From positions 1-58,564 of IMG/VR virus record IMGVR_UViG_3300006162_000015: a stretch of 58,564 nucleotides of DNA, one strand, 5' to 3'. The position numbers and the translations under genes were made by a program. The notes beneath the pieces were generated by a model that did no database searches, was not told the DNA's origin, and saw nothing but the letters and a program-made list of their open reading frames with translations. The first letter of the stretch is position 1. Each line of letters opens with the position of its first letter. Source of the stretch: a virus (taxonomy: Duplodnaviria > Caudoviricetes). Shown one piece after another: positions 9,167 to 18,373 of the stretch.

Positions 9167-9841
9167 ATGAAAGTATTAGATAGAGTTTTAGAAGTAGGCC
9201 TTTACGCAGCAGTAATTGCTTTACTTGGAATAGTTATATATGCAGGCTATAGATTTACACATAAGCCTTTAATCGCGATCACAAATCCTAGCGATAGTAA
9301 TAAATTAAGCCCTGTAGTACGCCTTACTACTCCAGACGGCAGGACTTTCTGTACGGGCACTGTAGTAAACCCTAATACTATAGTAACGGCAGCGCATTGC
9401 GTAGTCCAAGAACTTGCACCAGGTACAGGCTTTATGATTGTAGCCCAAGGAATCAATATACGTGCAGTAGACGGTAAAGACCTTGGTATTAGTACCGTAA
9501 CCGTATTTGCGTCTCCTCAAATGGATACTGCTATATTAGAAGGCGATTTTAGGTTATTTGAGCCTAGAGCAATGATTACAGACGTTACTAAGCTTACTGA
9601 AATTGTATCTAAAGGCGCTGTATTTACTAGTTGCGGGTACCCGCTTAGCGGCCCGCTTTATTGCAGTAAAACTAAATACATAGGTCGGATTAACTTTATG
9701 TGGTTAGTCTCGGGCGTATTGTTACCAGGTATGAGCGGCGGCCCTACGATGTTAGAAGACGGGACTGTAGTCGCGATTAACGACGCCGTTACTGGCGAAT
9801 TTAGTGTTGTAGTACCGACTTATAATTTACCTATTAGGTAG
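9167..9841 (+). CDS. Membrane-anchored trypsin-like serine protease
   Basis: N-terminal TM segment; FCTGT, VTAAHC, D, and GMSGGP catalytic-triad motifs. Confidence 0.88.
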   Translation: MKVLDRVLEVGLYAAVIALLGIVIYAGYRFTHKPLIAITNPSDSNKLSPVVRLTTPDGRTFCTGTVVNPNTIVTAAHCVVQELAPGTGFMIVAQGINIRAVDGKDLGISTVTVFASPQMDTAILEGDFRLFEPRAMITDVTKLTEIVSKGAVFTSCGYPLSGPLYCSKTKYIGRINFMWLVSGVLLPGMSGGPTMLEDGTVVAINDAVTGEFSVVVPTYNLPIR

Positions 9842-10046
9842 GATTTGAAGGCGGAGTCTTAGGATTGAGCTCCGCGATTTTGCTTGCGACTTTGCCTGTA
9901 AATGCAGCCCATACAAATATACTTACGTCTGCATCGTGACCAGTAAGAGCTAAGTACCCGCCAATAAGAAGGCTTAATAACGACATAACGCGGGCCATGC
10001 TTACGTCGCCGTTTTCTGAGAATAAACTTTTAAGCCAATGTTTCAT
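9834..10046 (-). CDS. Putative holin
   Basis: 70 aa with two hydrophobic segments; end of the late operon. Confidence 0.5.
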   Translation of the reverse strand: MKHWLKSLFSENGDVSMARVMSLLSLLIGGYLALTGHDADVSIFVWAAFTGKVASKIAELNPKTPPSNPT

Positions 10047-10306
10047 TAATATAATTTCATTAAATAATGCATAATACCATGTGCGCCGCCGCCAGTAGCA
10101 GCTAACCCACCAAGTATTTTAAGGATTGTATTTATAATAGCTACATGTTTTTCTACAGGGGCAAGCTTTGCTTCTAGCAGATTGCTACGCTTTATGTGTT
10201 CGTCTAACAATACGGATTGCTTGGCTAAAGTAACATCTATATTAGCCATGTGGTCTGTAATCTTATCTAATTTATTTTCAATGCGGTCAAATCTATTGTC
10301 GTCCAT
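10046..10306 (-). CDS. Coiled-coil plus TM protein (holin/hemolysin XhlA-like)
   Basis: RFDRIENKLDKI coiled coil followed by a C-terminal hydrophobic Gly-rich helix. Confidence 0.55.
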   Translation of the reverse strand: MDDNRFDRIENKLDKITDHMANIDVTLAKQSVLLDEHIKRSNLLEAKLAPVEKHVAIINTILKILGGLAATGGGAHGIMHYLMKLY

Positions 10307-10312
10307 AAGTCA

Positions 10313-10678
10313 CTATAAAGATGGTTGCCGCGTAATAATCATATCTAATTTAACTGTATTTAACTGCTGGTCGTCTACTTGGCTAGATGTAAGCGTAAAG
10401 CTAATAACATCGCCTACCTGGCAGTTAGCAAGGCCTTCTATAATACGACTAGACTGGCCAGTAGTATTGGGCTGAGGAAGAGGAACTTCTGTAGCAGTAG
10501 CAATCGTAGCAGATACGCTACCAGACTGAGATATAGTAACCGTAAGACCTGAAGTCTGTAGATCTGATACTATAGCACTGCATTTATGAATGCCTGCCGT
10601 TTGTACCGCATATTGATAGGTATTTAGCCCTACCATTGTTTTTTGTGTATCGAAGTTTGGGATATTAATTGTAGCCAT
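10313..10678 (-). CDS. Beta-rich virion protein (hypothetical)
   Basis: T/S/V-rich 121 aa ORF in the tail region. Confidence 0.55.
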   Translation of the reverse strand: MATINIPNFDTQKTMVGLNTYQYAVQTAGIHKCSAIVSDLQTSGLTVTISQSGSVSATIATATEVPLPQPNTTGQSSRIIEGLANCQVGDVISFTLTSSQVDDQQLNTVKLDMIITRQPSL

Positions 10679-10685
10679 ATATTTC

Positions 10686-11048
10686 CTATACGTTTATTGT
10701 GAACATGTTAACTATTACTGAACCTGTGCCAGAAGAAGGCGTGAATACGACTCTTAAAGCCCTAGCGCATACTGTTGAAAGAATTATACTTGCTGCTTGA
10801 ACGTTAGCAGTTACGGTCACCGTAGCGCCTGAAATATCGCTCCAATGCATGTACGTACTAGGGTTAAATGTACCGCTTGCCTGTATATCGTTACTCATCT
10901 GGACTTTATAAATTCCTGCTGCAGTAGTGCTGGCCGTGCTGAACTGAAACGATGCTTGATAGATTTGGCTAGCATCTATAGCAGATCCGTTAATAGGCGT
11001 CGTGCCTGAAATCGTACCTGAAAGAACTGTATTATTACTATTTTTCAT
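10686..11048 (-). CDS. Small jelly-roll-like virion protein, paralog of 15167-15541
   Basis: Shares VQ(M/V)SND, W-x-x-(I/L) and (A)LRVVFTP/AIRLVYTP with 15167-15541. Confidence 0.6.
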   Translation of the reverse strand: MKNSNNTVLSGTISGTTPINGSAIDASQIYQASFQFSTASTTAAGIYKVQMSNDIQASGTFNPSTYMHWSDISGATVTVTANVQAASIILSTVCARALRVVFTPSSGTGSVIVNMFTINV

Positions 11049-12142
11049 TATGGTAACCAACCTGTTACTGGATATCGACCCTGAATCGAAAAATCTATTT
11101 CATTACCAAACGGTCCAATAGCCCCCCACATACCCGTGGCTTGAACATATAAAGACATGGCTATTGAATTTGCCGACATTAAATACCCTACTTGAACGGT
11201 AGAATTTGTCACATCGGACCAAATTCCTTGTCCAAACATTGTTTTTTTAGTAGGTATTCCAGTTCCAGGGTTTGTTTGAGCATTAGTTAAATTAGGAGCT
11301 AAATTTGTCGGGTAAAAAATTCTGTAGTCGCCAGATCCTGCCGTGCCGCCGGATGCTGCCCATTGAGCGTCATAACGAAAATTTAAATACTGGCCAGTTC
11401 TCCACCAAATAAAATTATCAAAAGTTGTAGTGCCTTTAACTGGCGCTGATGTTGCAACTGCACTGAAGGTTAACGTTGCCGGACCAGTGCCAGACGTTCT
11501 TGTCAACGTACCGCTGGCGGCAGGAGCTCCCGTACCAGAAGTAGGCATAGACGTTACCGTGCCTGACGAAGTCACTACAAAACTTTGCGAGTTATTTGTG
11601 TACACGTCACCCGCGACTACTGTAGCTGAAGTGATAGTAAAAGTATAAGCGCTTGTAGATGATATAAAAAGTGCCGTAGATACGGCTTCAGAAGTCGTAG
11701 CGACGTGTTCTGAAACGACCCAGTTAGCCCCGTTAGACGTGAATATAAAGATTTCAGAGTTAGTATAGAGAGCTATCGCACCAGAAGCATTGGCAACACC
11801 GTTATAAGTAATAGTTTGGCTAGACGTAGTGTTTATAGTATAGACTTGCGTAAGCGATGTACCGTTATGATACACACCAATACTTTGACCGCTAACGCCT
11901 ACTGCTGTAGGAAGGGTTATAGTAAAACTCGCGCTTGAAGCTGTTACAAAATCATTTGCAGCAGCACTGTACGCAGTAGTCTGTGCAGTCATGTTATATT
12001 GCGCAGCACTACCAGCAGCAGATATGCTTATATTACCGCTAGCATCTGTTTTAACGTACCCTGCGGTTACTGTAGGTACGAACAAACCTAAACCGCCAGA
12101 GCCGCCTTGGATGATTGCTGAAGGTGATTGATTTAACGCCAT
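11048..12142 (-). CDS. Tail fibre/receptor-binding-like protein
   Basis: T/S/A/G-rich; FTITLPTAVG and FTSNGANW segments typical of phage fibre modules. Confidence 0.65.
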   Translation of the reverse strand: MALNQSPSAIIQGGSGGLGLFVPTVTAGYVKTDASGNISISAAGSAAQYNMTAQTTAYSAAANDFVTASSASFTITLPTAVGVSGQSIGVYHNGTSLTQVYTINTTSSQTITYNGVANASGAIALYTNSEIFIFTSNGANWVVSEHVATTSEAVSTALFISSTSAYTFTITSATVVAGDVYTNNSQSFVVTSSGTVTSMPTSGTGAPAASGTLTRTSGTGPATLTFSAVATSAPVKGTTTFDNFIWWRTGQYLNFRYDAQWAASGGTAGSGDYRIFYPTNLAPNLTNAQTNPGTGIPTKKTMFGQGIWSDVTNSTVQVGYLMSANSIAMSLYVQATGMWGAIGPFGNEIDFSIQGRYPVTGWLP

Positions 12143-12324
12143 TACGGTACCTGTCCTATTATTCGAGACCCGTTTGCTAGTATTTCTTCTACTCTATAAG
12201 AGTTATTATTCGCCGACATTAAAGCCGATATTTTAGCAAGTGCGTCGGCATCGTTTATAGCAGTAGTTGCTTGGATTAGAGAGCCCGAACCATCTGTATT
12301 TATTAAATAAATATTAATATTCAT
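12142..12324 (-). CDS. Small hypothetical virion-associated protein
   Basis: TAATG-coupled on both sides. Confidence 0.55.
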   Translation of the reverse strand: MNINIYLINTDGSGSLIQATTAINDADALAKISALMSANNNSYRVEEILANGSRIIGQVP

Positions 12325-15167
12325 TATGCCTGCTTTGCTGTAAACGGTACTGATGCTGTAGCTGAGATTACGTTAACTGCTTCTGTAGACACAAAAGACG
12401 ACTCTTGTACAAAAGACGCCCCTGGGGTTAATTGTATAGATCCAGCACCTACTGTAGCGGCAGAAGTAAAGTTTATATAAATATTTGCCGTACCTACGTT
12501 TTGAATAAATAAATACTTTCTATTCTGTAGTGCAGTAAGTGCGGTAGTCGAAGTGCTAGGAGTTGCAGAAGTAGTAGTCGACGAATCTGTTAAAATACCG
12601 CCGGCTGCTTGTTGAATAGACGAAGTACTTGCTTGAGCACGAATTATTTGACGAGTAACTGACGTAATAGTATTTAAAGTCTGTACATAACGAAGCGTAG
12701 ACCCAGTCATATTTAACGTAGGTGATACTAATACGCCGTTTGCCGTAACGACACTTGCCGAAACAGTAACTGCAGGAAACGTATAAACCGTATACCAATT
12801 CGTTTGGTCGATAGATTCTTGGATTTGTACAACAAACGAGCCCGTACCCGCTGCAGCCGTTGTATCTAAGCTTACTGTATAACTAGAACCAAATGTCGGA
12901 GTAATCGCCGCCGAAGTTGTAGTTGTGGTAATCGCTGCAGATGCAACGTCTGTTACTGTAGCAGGAGCAGCGCCTTGGCCTTTTGTTACAGTACCTACAG
13001 TCGTAATAGTACCTGCAGTAATGCTTGATACCGTAGATACTGTAGATACTGTAGATACTGTCGTAATAGTACCAGACTCTACTACTACGCCGATATCGTT
13101 ACCAAAAGCCGTTAAAAGGATGTTTTGGCCTAAAGTACCGATAACACCTTGAATTGTAGCTACAGTACCAGTAGTCGTACATTGTACACGGACCCATTTA
13201 AAGCCTTGAGTCGCAATCCTATAAGAAAGAGCTGCAGATAACGTACCTACAGAAGCTGCTTGAGTGCTTGCAGAAGTAGCTGGTAATGCCGTCCAAGTAG
13301 TCAAAGTAGGATCGTTAGTACCTTGAGCCGTGTATACTGTAGTAGTAATAGCCGAGATTTGAACGGCTATTTCAGAAAAAGAAGATGCATCAAACGGACC
13401 TACAAGTGTTTGGCCAGAAGTAACCGTATAAGTCCAAGGAAATACTACGCGGCTATATGCTTGCGATTGAGATTGTACAAAAAAGTAAGCAGTCCCAGAC
13501 GTATAAGACGTCATGTTGGCGCGAATTAATATATACCCTGTCGTACTACCTGTAGCTGCTGGAGCATCTGTAAACCATAATCCGTTTGCGGTTGCAGTCG
13601 TTACGGCGCCTCCTGCAGTCGGAGTTGATACAGGATATACGTTTAAGCTATTCCAAGTCGATCCGTTATTAATAGAATATTGGAATGTAACTGTGCCTGA
13701 CCATGCAGTAGTCGCGCCAGGGCCGTTAGTAAGCGTTAAATAGAGATTAGAGCTAGGGTCTACTGTGTATTGAACTGTAGCGTTAGCTGCAGCCATTGAT
13801 ATAGTAGTAGGAGTGCCGTATACAGCAAGAGATGCAGTGCCAACTTCAAATCCGCCCTGATCAGATGCGATTACGACTGGCAAGCTGCTTGCTGAGGCTG
13901 CAGAACCTTGTGTAATGCCTACTAAATTACCTGATCCGTTTATAACGCCGATCTCAGTAGCGCTAGTAGGCGCTGTAGTGCCTGTAGTACCGACTGACGG
14001 ATTAGAAGCTGTTATTGTACCAGATACAGGTACTGGGGTGCCTGAAGCATTACCTTGAATAGTTACTAAACCTGTAGAAGCGCCAGAGCCTGCAGCCGTA
14101 GAGCCGATTACTGTAGCGTTGAGGGCAGATGCAGTACTTTGAGTAGCCGCAAATGAAGTATTTGTAATAGAGCCGATTGCATTAGAGCCTGTAGGAATAG
14201 GACTGTTAGGGCTTAAAGCGACTACTAACGAAGGATCTGTAGCAGCGGCTGCTGTACTAGCTGCTTTTACTGCTGCGGTATTTGTGCCGTCGTTGATTTT
14301 AGTAGTTTGAGAACCTAAAGTAGTCTGGTTAGCCGCCGTAGCCGCGCCTGTCGGAAGAGGCAGTGTACTTGCGCTTATAGGCTGAGTAACAGCAGATCCG
14401 TCTACTTTAAGTGCGTTTGAGGCCGTAACAGTTGCAGTATTACCGCCTTGGGTAATTTGTGTAGTTTGGTTGCCGTTAGTCTGGTTAGCTGCAGTCGCAA
14501 CGCCTGAAATAGTAGCTGTCACGGTACCAGATATCGGTATAGCAACGCCAGACGCAGAGCCTTGGATTGTAATAGCAGTAGAAGCAGAAGAGCCTGGGGC
14601 TGATTGTACGTTTGTTAAATGAGAGTCTAAAGCCGCGCCTGTAGTGTTGGTAGCGATAGTAGCTAGACTTGTATTACCGGTAGTCTGTAATGCGCTAGTA
14701 GCTGCGCCTGTAGGCAAGACAGAAGAAATTACGTTTGTATTTACGTTACCTGAAGCGTCTACAGAAATAGGCGTTAAATTACCAGCATTTACGCCTGCAA
14801 TTTCTGTGCTAGACGTGGGGGCTGTAGCGCCGTTAGTACCAACACTTGGGTTAGATGCACTAATAGTGCCAGATATAGGTAAAGGATTTGAAGCCGATAC
14901 GCCTACAAGGTTACCGGCTACGATTATACCCATTTCAGTCGCTGAAGTAGGTGCTGTAGTGCCTGTAGTGCCTACGCTTGGGTTAGAAGCAGTAATAGAC
15001 CCTGAAATAGGAAGCGGGTTAGTAGAAGAAACGCCTTGTAGTTTACCTGTATTGTCTATAATACCGATTTCGGTACTAGACGTAGGGGCTGTAGTGTTAT
15101 TAGTACCTACTGAAGCGTTTGAACTAGAACCGCCTGCTGAGGCGGGGTATTGCATGTAAAAGCTCAT
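12324..15167 (-). CDS. Long T/S/A-rich fibre-like virion protein with internal repeats
   Basis: 947 aa; four copies of SN(P/A)SVGT-x-x-(T/A)TAPTS(A/S)TE, repeated LPTGAAT(S/A)A, and TVSTVSTVS. Confidence 0.7.
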   Translation of the reverse strand: MSFYMQYPASAGGSSSNASVGTNNTTAPTSSTEIGIIDNTGKLQGVSSTNPLPISGSITASNPSVGTTGTTAPTSATEMGIIVAGNLVGVSASNPLPISGTISASNPSVGTNGATAPTSSTEIAGVNAGNLTPISVDASGNVNTNVISSVLPTGAATSALQTTGNTSLATIATNTTGAALDSHLTNVQSAPGSSASTAITIQGSASGVAIPISGTVTATISGVATAANQTNGNQTTQITQGGNTATVTASNALKVDGSAVTQPISASTLPLPTGAATAANQTTLGSQTTKINDGTNTAAVKAASTAAAATDPSLVVALSPNSPIPTGSNAIGSITNTSFAATQSTASALNATVIGSTAAGSGASTGLVTIQGNASGTPVPVSGTITASNPSVGTTGTTAPTSATEIGVINGSGNLVGITQGSAASASSLPVVIASDQGGFEVGTASLAVYGTPTTISMAAANATVQYTVDPSSNLYLTLTNGPGATTAWSGTVTFQYSINNGSTWNSLNVYPVSTPTAGGAVTTATANGLWFTDAPAATGSTTGYILIRANMTSYTSGTAYFFVQSQSQAYSRVVFPWTYTVTSGQTLVGPFDASSFSEIAVQISAITTTVYTAQGTNDPTLTTWTALPATSASTQAASVGTLSAALSYRIATQGFKWVRVQCTTTGTVATIQGVIGTLGQNILLTAFGNDIGVVVESGTITTVSTVSTVSTVSSITAGTITTVGTVTKGQGAAPATVTDVASAAITTTTTSAAITPTFGSSYTVSLDTTAAAGTGSFVVQIQESIDQTNWYTVYTFPAVTVSASVVTANGVLVSPTLNMTGSTLRYVQTLNTITSVTRQIIRAQASTSSIQQAAGGILTDSSTTTSATPSTSTTALTALQNRKYLFIQNVGTANIYINFTSAATVGAGSIQLTPGASFVQESSFVSTEAVNVISATASVPFTAKQA

Positions 15168-15541
15168 TATTGCACCTTTCCTGTAACTATTGCATTCATG
15201 GTGCCTGTACCAGAGACTGGGGTATAAACTAGTCTAATTGCGTAGCCCCCTAAAGTATCAATATCTGCAAAACCGTTGCCTGTATTGCCTGAAACAGTGC
15301 CTGTTGCACTCATTGGAAGCGTATTCCATGTACCGGCGTTTAAAACTGTGCCGGCTGCGTTGATAGAATAGTCGTTGGATACTTGGACTGTAACAGTTCC
15401 TGAAGGACTAGAGCCTGACCACGTAATACTATATGAAATCATTGAAGTATTTGGTATTAAAGTAACTGCTGATGTTATGCTAGAGGCCATATTCCCGTTA
15501 GTTATTACTGGGTAGGGGCCTAAGAGTGGGCGTGATGCCAT
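15167..15541 (-). CDS. Small jelly-roll-like virion protein
   Basis: GTVTVQVSND, W, AIRLVYTP; paralog of 10686-11048; own RBS and candidate late promoter. Confidence 0.6.
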   Translation of the reverse strand: MASRPLLGPYPVITNGNMASSITSAVTLIPNTSMISYSITWSGSSPSGTVTVQVSNDYSINAAGTVLNAGTWNTLPMSATGTVSGNTGNGFADIDTLGGYAIRLVYTPVSGTGTMNAIVTGKVQ

Positions 15542-15579
15542 GTATCCTTCCTTTTGAGATTAAGGGCTTTTGACCCTAG

Positions 15580-15604
15580 TACTATAGACGTGTAGTCAGG
15601 ATTC
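15580..15604 (-). promoter_or_regulatory. Candidate late promoter motif, copy 1
   Basis: Minus strand GAATCCTGACTACACGTCTATAGTA; 22 of 25 nt identical to the copy at 47146-47170. Confidence 0.55.
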
Positions 15605-18370
15605 ACGAGACGACCTATCGCCTTCTGCTGCTTGGCTTGTAGTCTTATAAGCATTAGCGCCTTTTTTAAGCGACTTTGCTGCCTCGTTACTGGGTTTCTT
15701 TTGTTTGCCCTGGGGCTGAGGTTGCTGGGCCGGCTGCATTGTGCCTTGGGCCGCCTGGATCGAATTAGGCGTCATTGTAGAGTCTAATGGCTGTCCTAGG
15801 AATAAGCTTAGACTCATGCGTTGCTTATACGGTATGTGATCGCCGTTTTCGCCATGAATAGAAGTCATTTCATTTGATAGCTGTTGTGAGATTTGCTTAT
15901 AAAGACCAGGGTACATGCCTTGAAGGTCGTGCATATCGTTTACTTGGAGCGTACCGTTTTTTATTTTATTTAATACTAACATTGGATTAAGAGCAATATC
16001 TTGCGCGTTTTTATATCTGGTAATATCGGCTTGAGATGGCGGTATTGATTTGTCTAACGGGCCTTGCATTTGAGGCTTTGGTTTAAGGCCTTGAAGGTAT
16101 TGCATCGCACGAGTACTTGCTTGAGTAACAGATTGCTGATGAGGCGGTAAATAATGCCCTAAATCACCTGATTGGCTTTGGGCAAACTGTTGAGGGCTTT
16201 TTTCTGCCTTAGCCATTGCTTTGTCTAGCTTGTCTCTGTCGGCTTGGGCCGGCATGTTGTGCGCAGCAATTACCATCGCACCTGGTTTAAGAGTGTTTTT
16301 AACGGCCCTAGACAGCATGTTTTGGCCTTTATAAGTCTGATCTATAAAATCTATTGCTGCTTTAAGCCCTGGGGCCGATATAGGCTCGCTAGATGCTGCA
16401 AATCTAAGCATTGCAAGTTTTGCGGCTTCTGGCGCTTCTTTACCTAATCTCGTAGCTAGTTCGCCTAACAATAGACTAGAGCCTATACCGTGGCCTGACA
16501 TCATGCCTATCGCACCCATTGCAGACGTGCCTAAATGCTTTACCATGTTCCAAATACCTGCGGGCGTGCCAGAGTCTTTAGGGTTAGTCATTTGTTCTAA
16601 TACTCTCGCGCCGGCTTCTGCTCTTTGTATAAATTCGGGCGGCAAGATAGTATTAAGGTAAGTATCTTTACCGGCCTTGGTTTTTTCGATTATTTTGTTT
16701 AATTTATTTACATCTATAGGCATATCGTCTTTAGCTGCATTTATAGCAGGCTTTAAAAGAGATCTGCGTTCGTTTTTAATTACTTCGTTGAAAGCCTCTG
16801 GAAAATTTTTCTGTAAAAACTCAGCGCCCTCGGTATTATTTTTAATACCAAACTTCTTAAATACTTGTTCTGGCGTCATATTTTGGTCTAGTTGACGCAT
16901 AAAGTCCCTAGAATTATTAGAACGAATATTAAAGTGGTCTGAAAGCTGTTCTCTAATACCTTCTGCTTCAGCGTATTTTTGATTAAGGGCTTTACGCTCT
17001 GCAATCCAAGCAGCAGCTTCTTTAGAGGCATTTGGTATGCCTTCAGACTCCGCAGCAGAATTCATGATTATTTTGTCTTTAAAATCACGAATCATATCGC
17101 GTACTTGTTTATATGCAAGGCCAGATTCATTATCGCCTGCACGAAATGCTTTTGTAGCATCGTTTCTAAGCTCTGTATCGTACTTATCGTAATCGGCAAG
17201 GCTGCCAAAATCTAATTGGCGTTCGCCTGCTTTATAGAATATATCTGAATGAGGCGAATTAGGTGCATAACTAGTAACCCCTTTTTCGCGCAATTGATCC
17301 ATAAGCTTTAATTTATCGTTGTCGCTTGTAGATAACGTAGAAGCCTCTGCTTTACGCTTATCCATTGCTTCCCATAAAGGCTCAAACGTTTCTTTAATTT
17401 GACCGTTTATAGCGTCTTTAACGCTTTTACCGCCGTCGGCTTCGTCGTACGCCCTCATGTCTTCTATGCTAGATCCTAACGGCTCTACTACAGAGTTTGC
17501 GACGTTTTCTTTAAGGGCTTGTCGTTCAGCTAAATATTTAGGGTTTTCAGACCTTATAAGATTTTTAGACCACTCGTTTGCTGTAGGGCTTTCAGAAAGG
17601 TCTGCTGCCTGTAATGGAGTAGTAGTATCGTGTATGCCTAAGGTCTTAAGATCGTTTATAATCTCGTCTGGCGGTTTGATTATACTTTCGCCATTCCATC
17701 GCTTAGCAACAGTATTTAATAGCTGTTCTACTTTAGGGCCGGCGGTCGCCTTCCATAACGGCGATACTACGCCTGTAACGGCTGCGCCTGTCGCACCGCC
17801 TAATACCGCTCCTAACCCTGTATTTATAATAGCAGATTCGGCACTAGTATCAGGATCGTTTAAAAGCATTTTACCGACTTCGTCTGAGCCGGTAAGTACT
17901 GCCATCTCGGCTGCTTGCTGTACTGCACTAGAACCTATTTTATGAGTAAGGCTTGCGCCTTCTGCTGCTTCTGATAATCCTGCAATTCCTTTTGCGCCTT
18001 CGCCTATTTCAGACAGAAGACTTGCAGCACCTGTATCAGTAGCGATACCGCCTACTAGGCCGGCTGCTTCGCCTAAACCAGACGATATAGGATTAGTTTT
18101 TTGTCTTGCAAGGATCGACTGAGGCGATACGCCTAGACCCTGCTCTATTACATTAGACACTGGTGCAGATAGCAACCCGCGCCCAGCACCTTCTAATGCT
18201 GTAATCGCCTGCTGGCCTGTACTTCCGTATCGCTCTTCGTCTGATTGAAATTCATTTTCAGGAATAAAATCAGGCGTTGAGCCTGGGGTTTTAATTCCTT
18301 GATCGGTCTGAGATGTAGGTTGAGCCTGAGGCATTTGTGCGTCAGGAATAAAATCAGGCGTTTCTGCCAT
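15596..18370 (-). CDS. Large internal virion (DNA ejection) protein
   Basis: 924 aa, helical, G/A-rich hydrophobic segments, duplicated TPDFIP at the N-terminus; lies after the tail-tube genes. Confidence 0.65.
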   Translation of the reverse strand: MAETPDFIPDAQMPQAQPTSQTDQGIKTPGSTPDFIPENEFQSDEERYGSTGQQAITALEGAGRGLLSAPVSNVIEQGLGVSPQSILARQKTNPISSGLGEAAGLVGGIATDTGAASLLSEIGEGAKGIAGLSEAAEGASLTHKIGSSAVQQAAEMAVLTGSDEVGKMLLNDPDTSAESAIINTGLGAVLGGATGAAVTGVVSPLWKATAGPKVEQLLNTVAKRWNGESIIKPPDEIINDLKTLGIHDTTTPLQAADLSESPTANEWSKNLIRSENPKYLAERQALKENVANSVVEPLGSSIEDMRAYDEADGGKSVKDAINGQIKETFEPLWEAMDKRKAEASTLSTSDNDKLKLMDQLREKGVTSYAPNSPHSDIFYKAGERQLDFGSLADYDKYDTELRNDATKAFRAGDNESGLAYKQVRDMIRDFKDKIIMNSAAESEGIPNASKEAAAWIAERKALNQKYAEAEGIREQLSDHFNIRSNNSRDFMRQLDQNMTPEQVFKKFGIKNNTEGAEFLQKNFPEAFNEVIKNERRSLLKPAINAAKDDMPIDVNKLNKIIEKTKAGKDTYLNTILPPEFIQRAEAGARVLEQMTNPKDSGTPAGIWNMVKHLGTSAMGAIGMMSGHGIGSSLLLGELATRLGKEAPEAAKLAMLRFAASSEPISAPGLKAAIDFIDQTYKGQNMLSRAVKNTLKPGAMVIAAHNMPAQADRDKLDKAMAKAEKSPQQFAQSQSGDLGHYLPPHQQSVTQASTRAMQYLQGLKPKPQMQGPLDKSIPPSQADITRYKNAQDIALNPMLVLNKIKNGTLQVNDMHDLQGMYPGLYKQISQQLSNEMTSIHGENGDHIPYKQRMSLSLFLGQPLDSTMTPNSIQAAQGTMQPAQQPQPQGKQKKPSNEAAKSLKKGANAYKTTSQAAEGDRSSRES

Positions 18371-18373
18371 AAG

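Noticed and set aside
11048-15167. Diversity-generating retroelement acting on fibre genes
   Set aside because: No reverse transcriptase and no template/variable repeat pair differing at adenines; the repeats are ordinary protein repeats.
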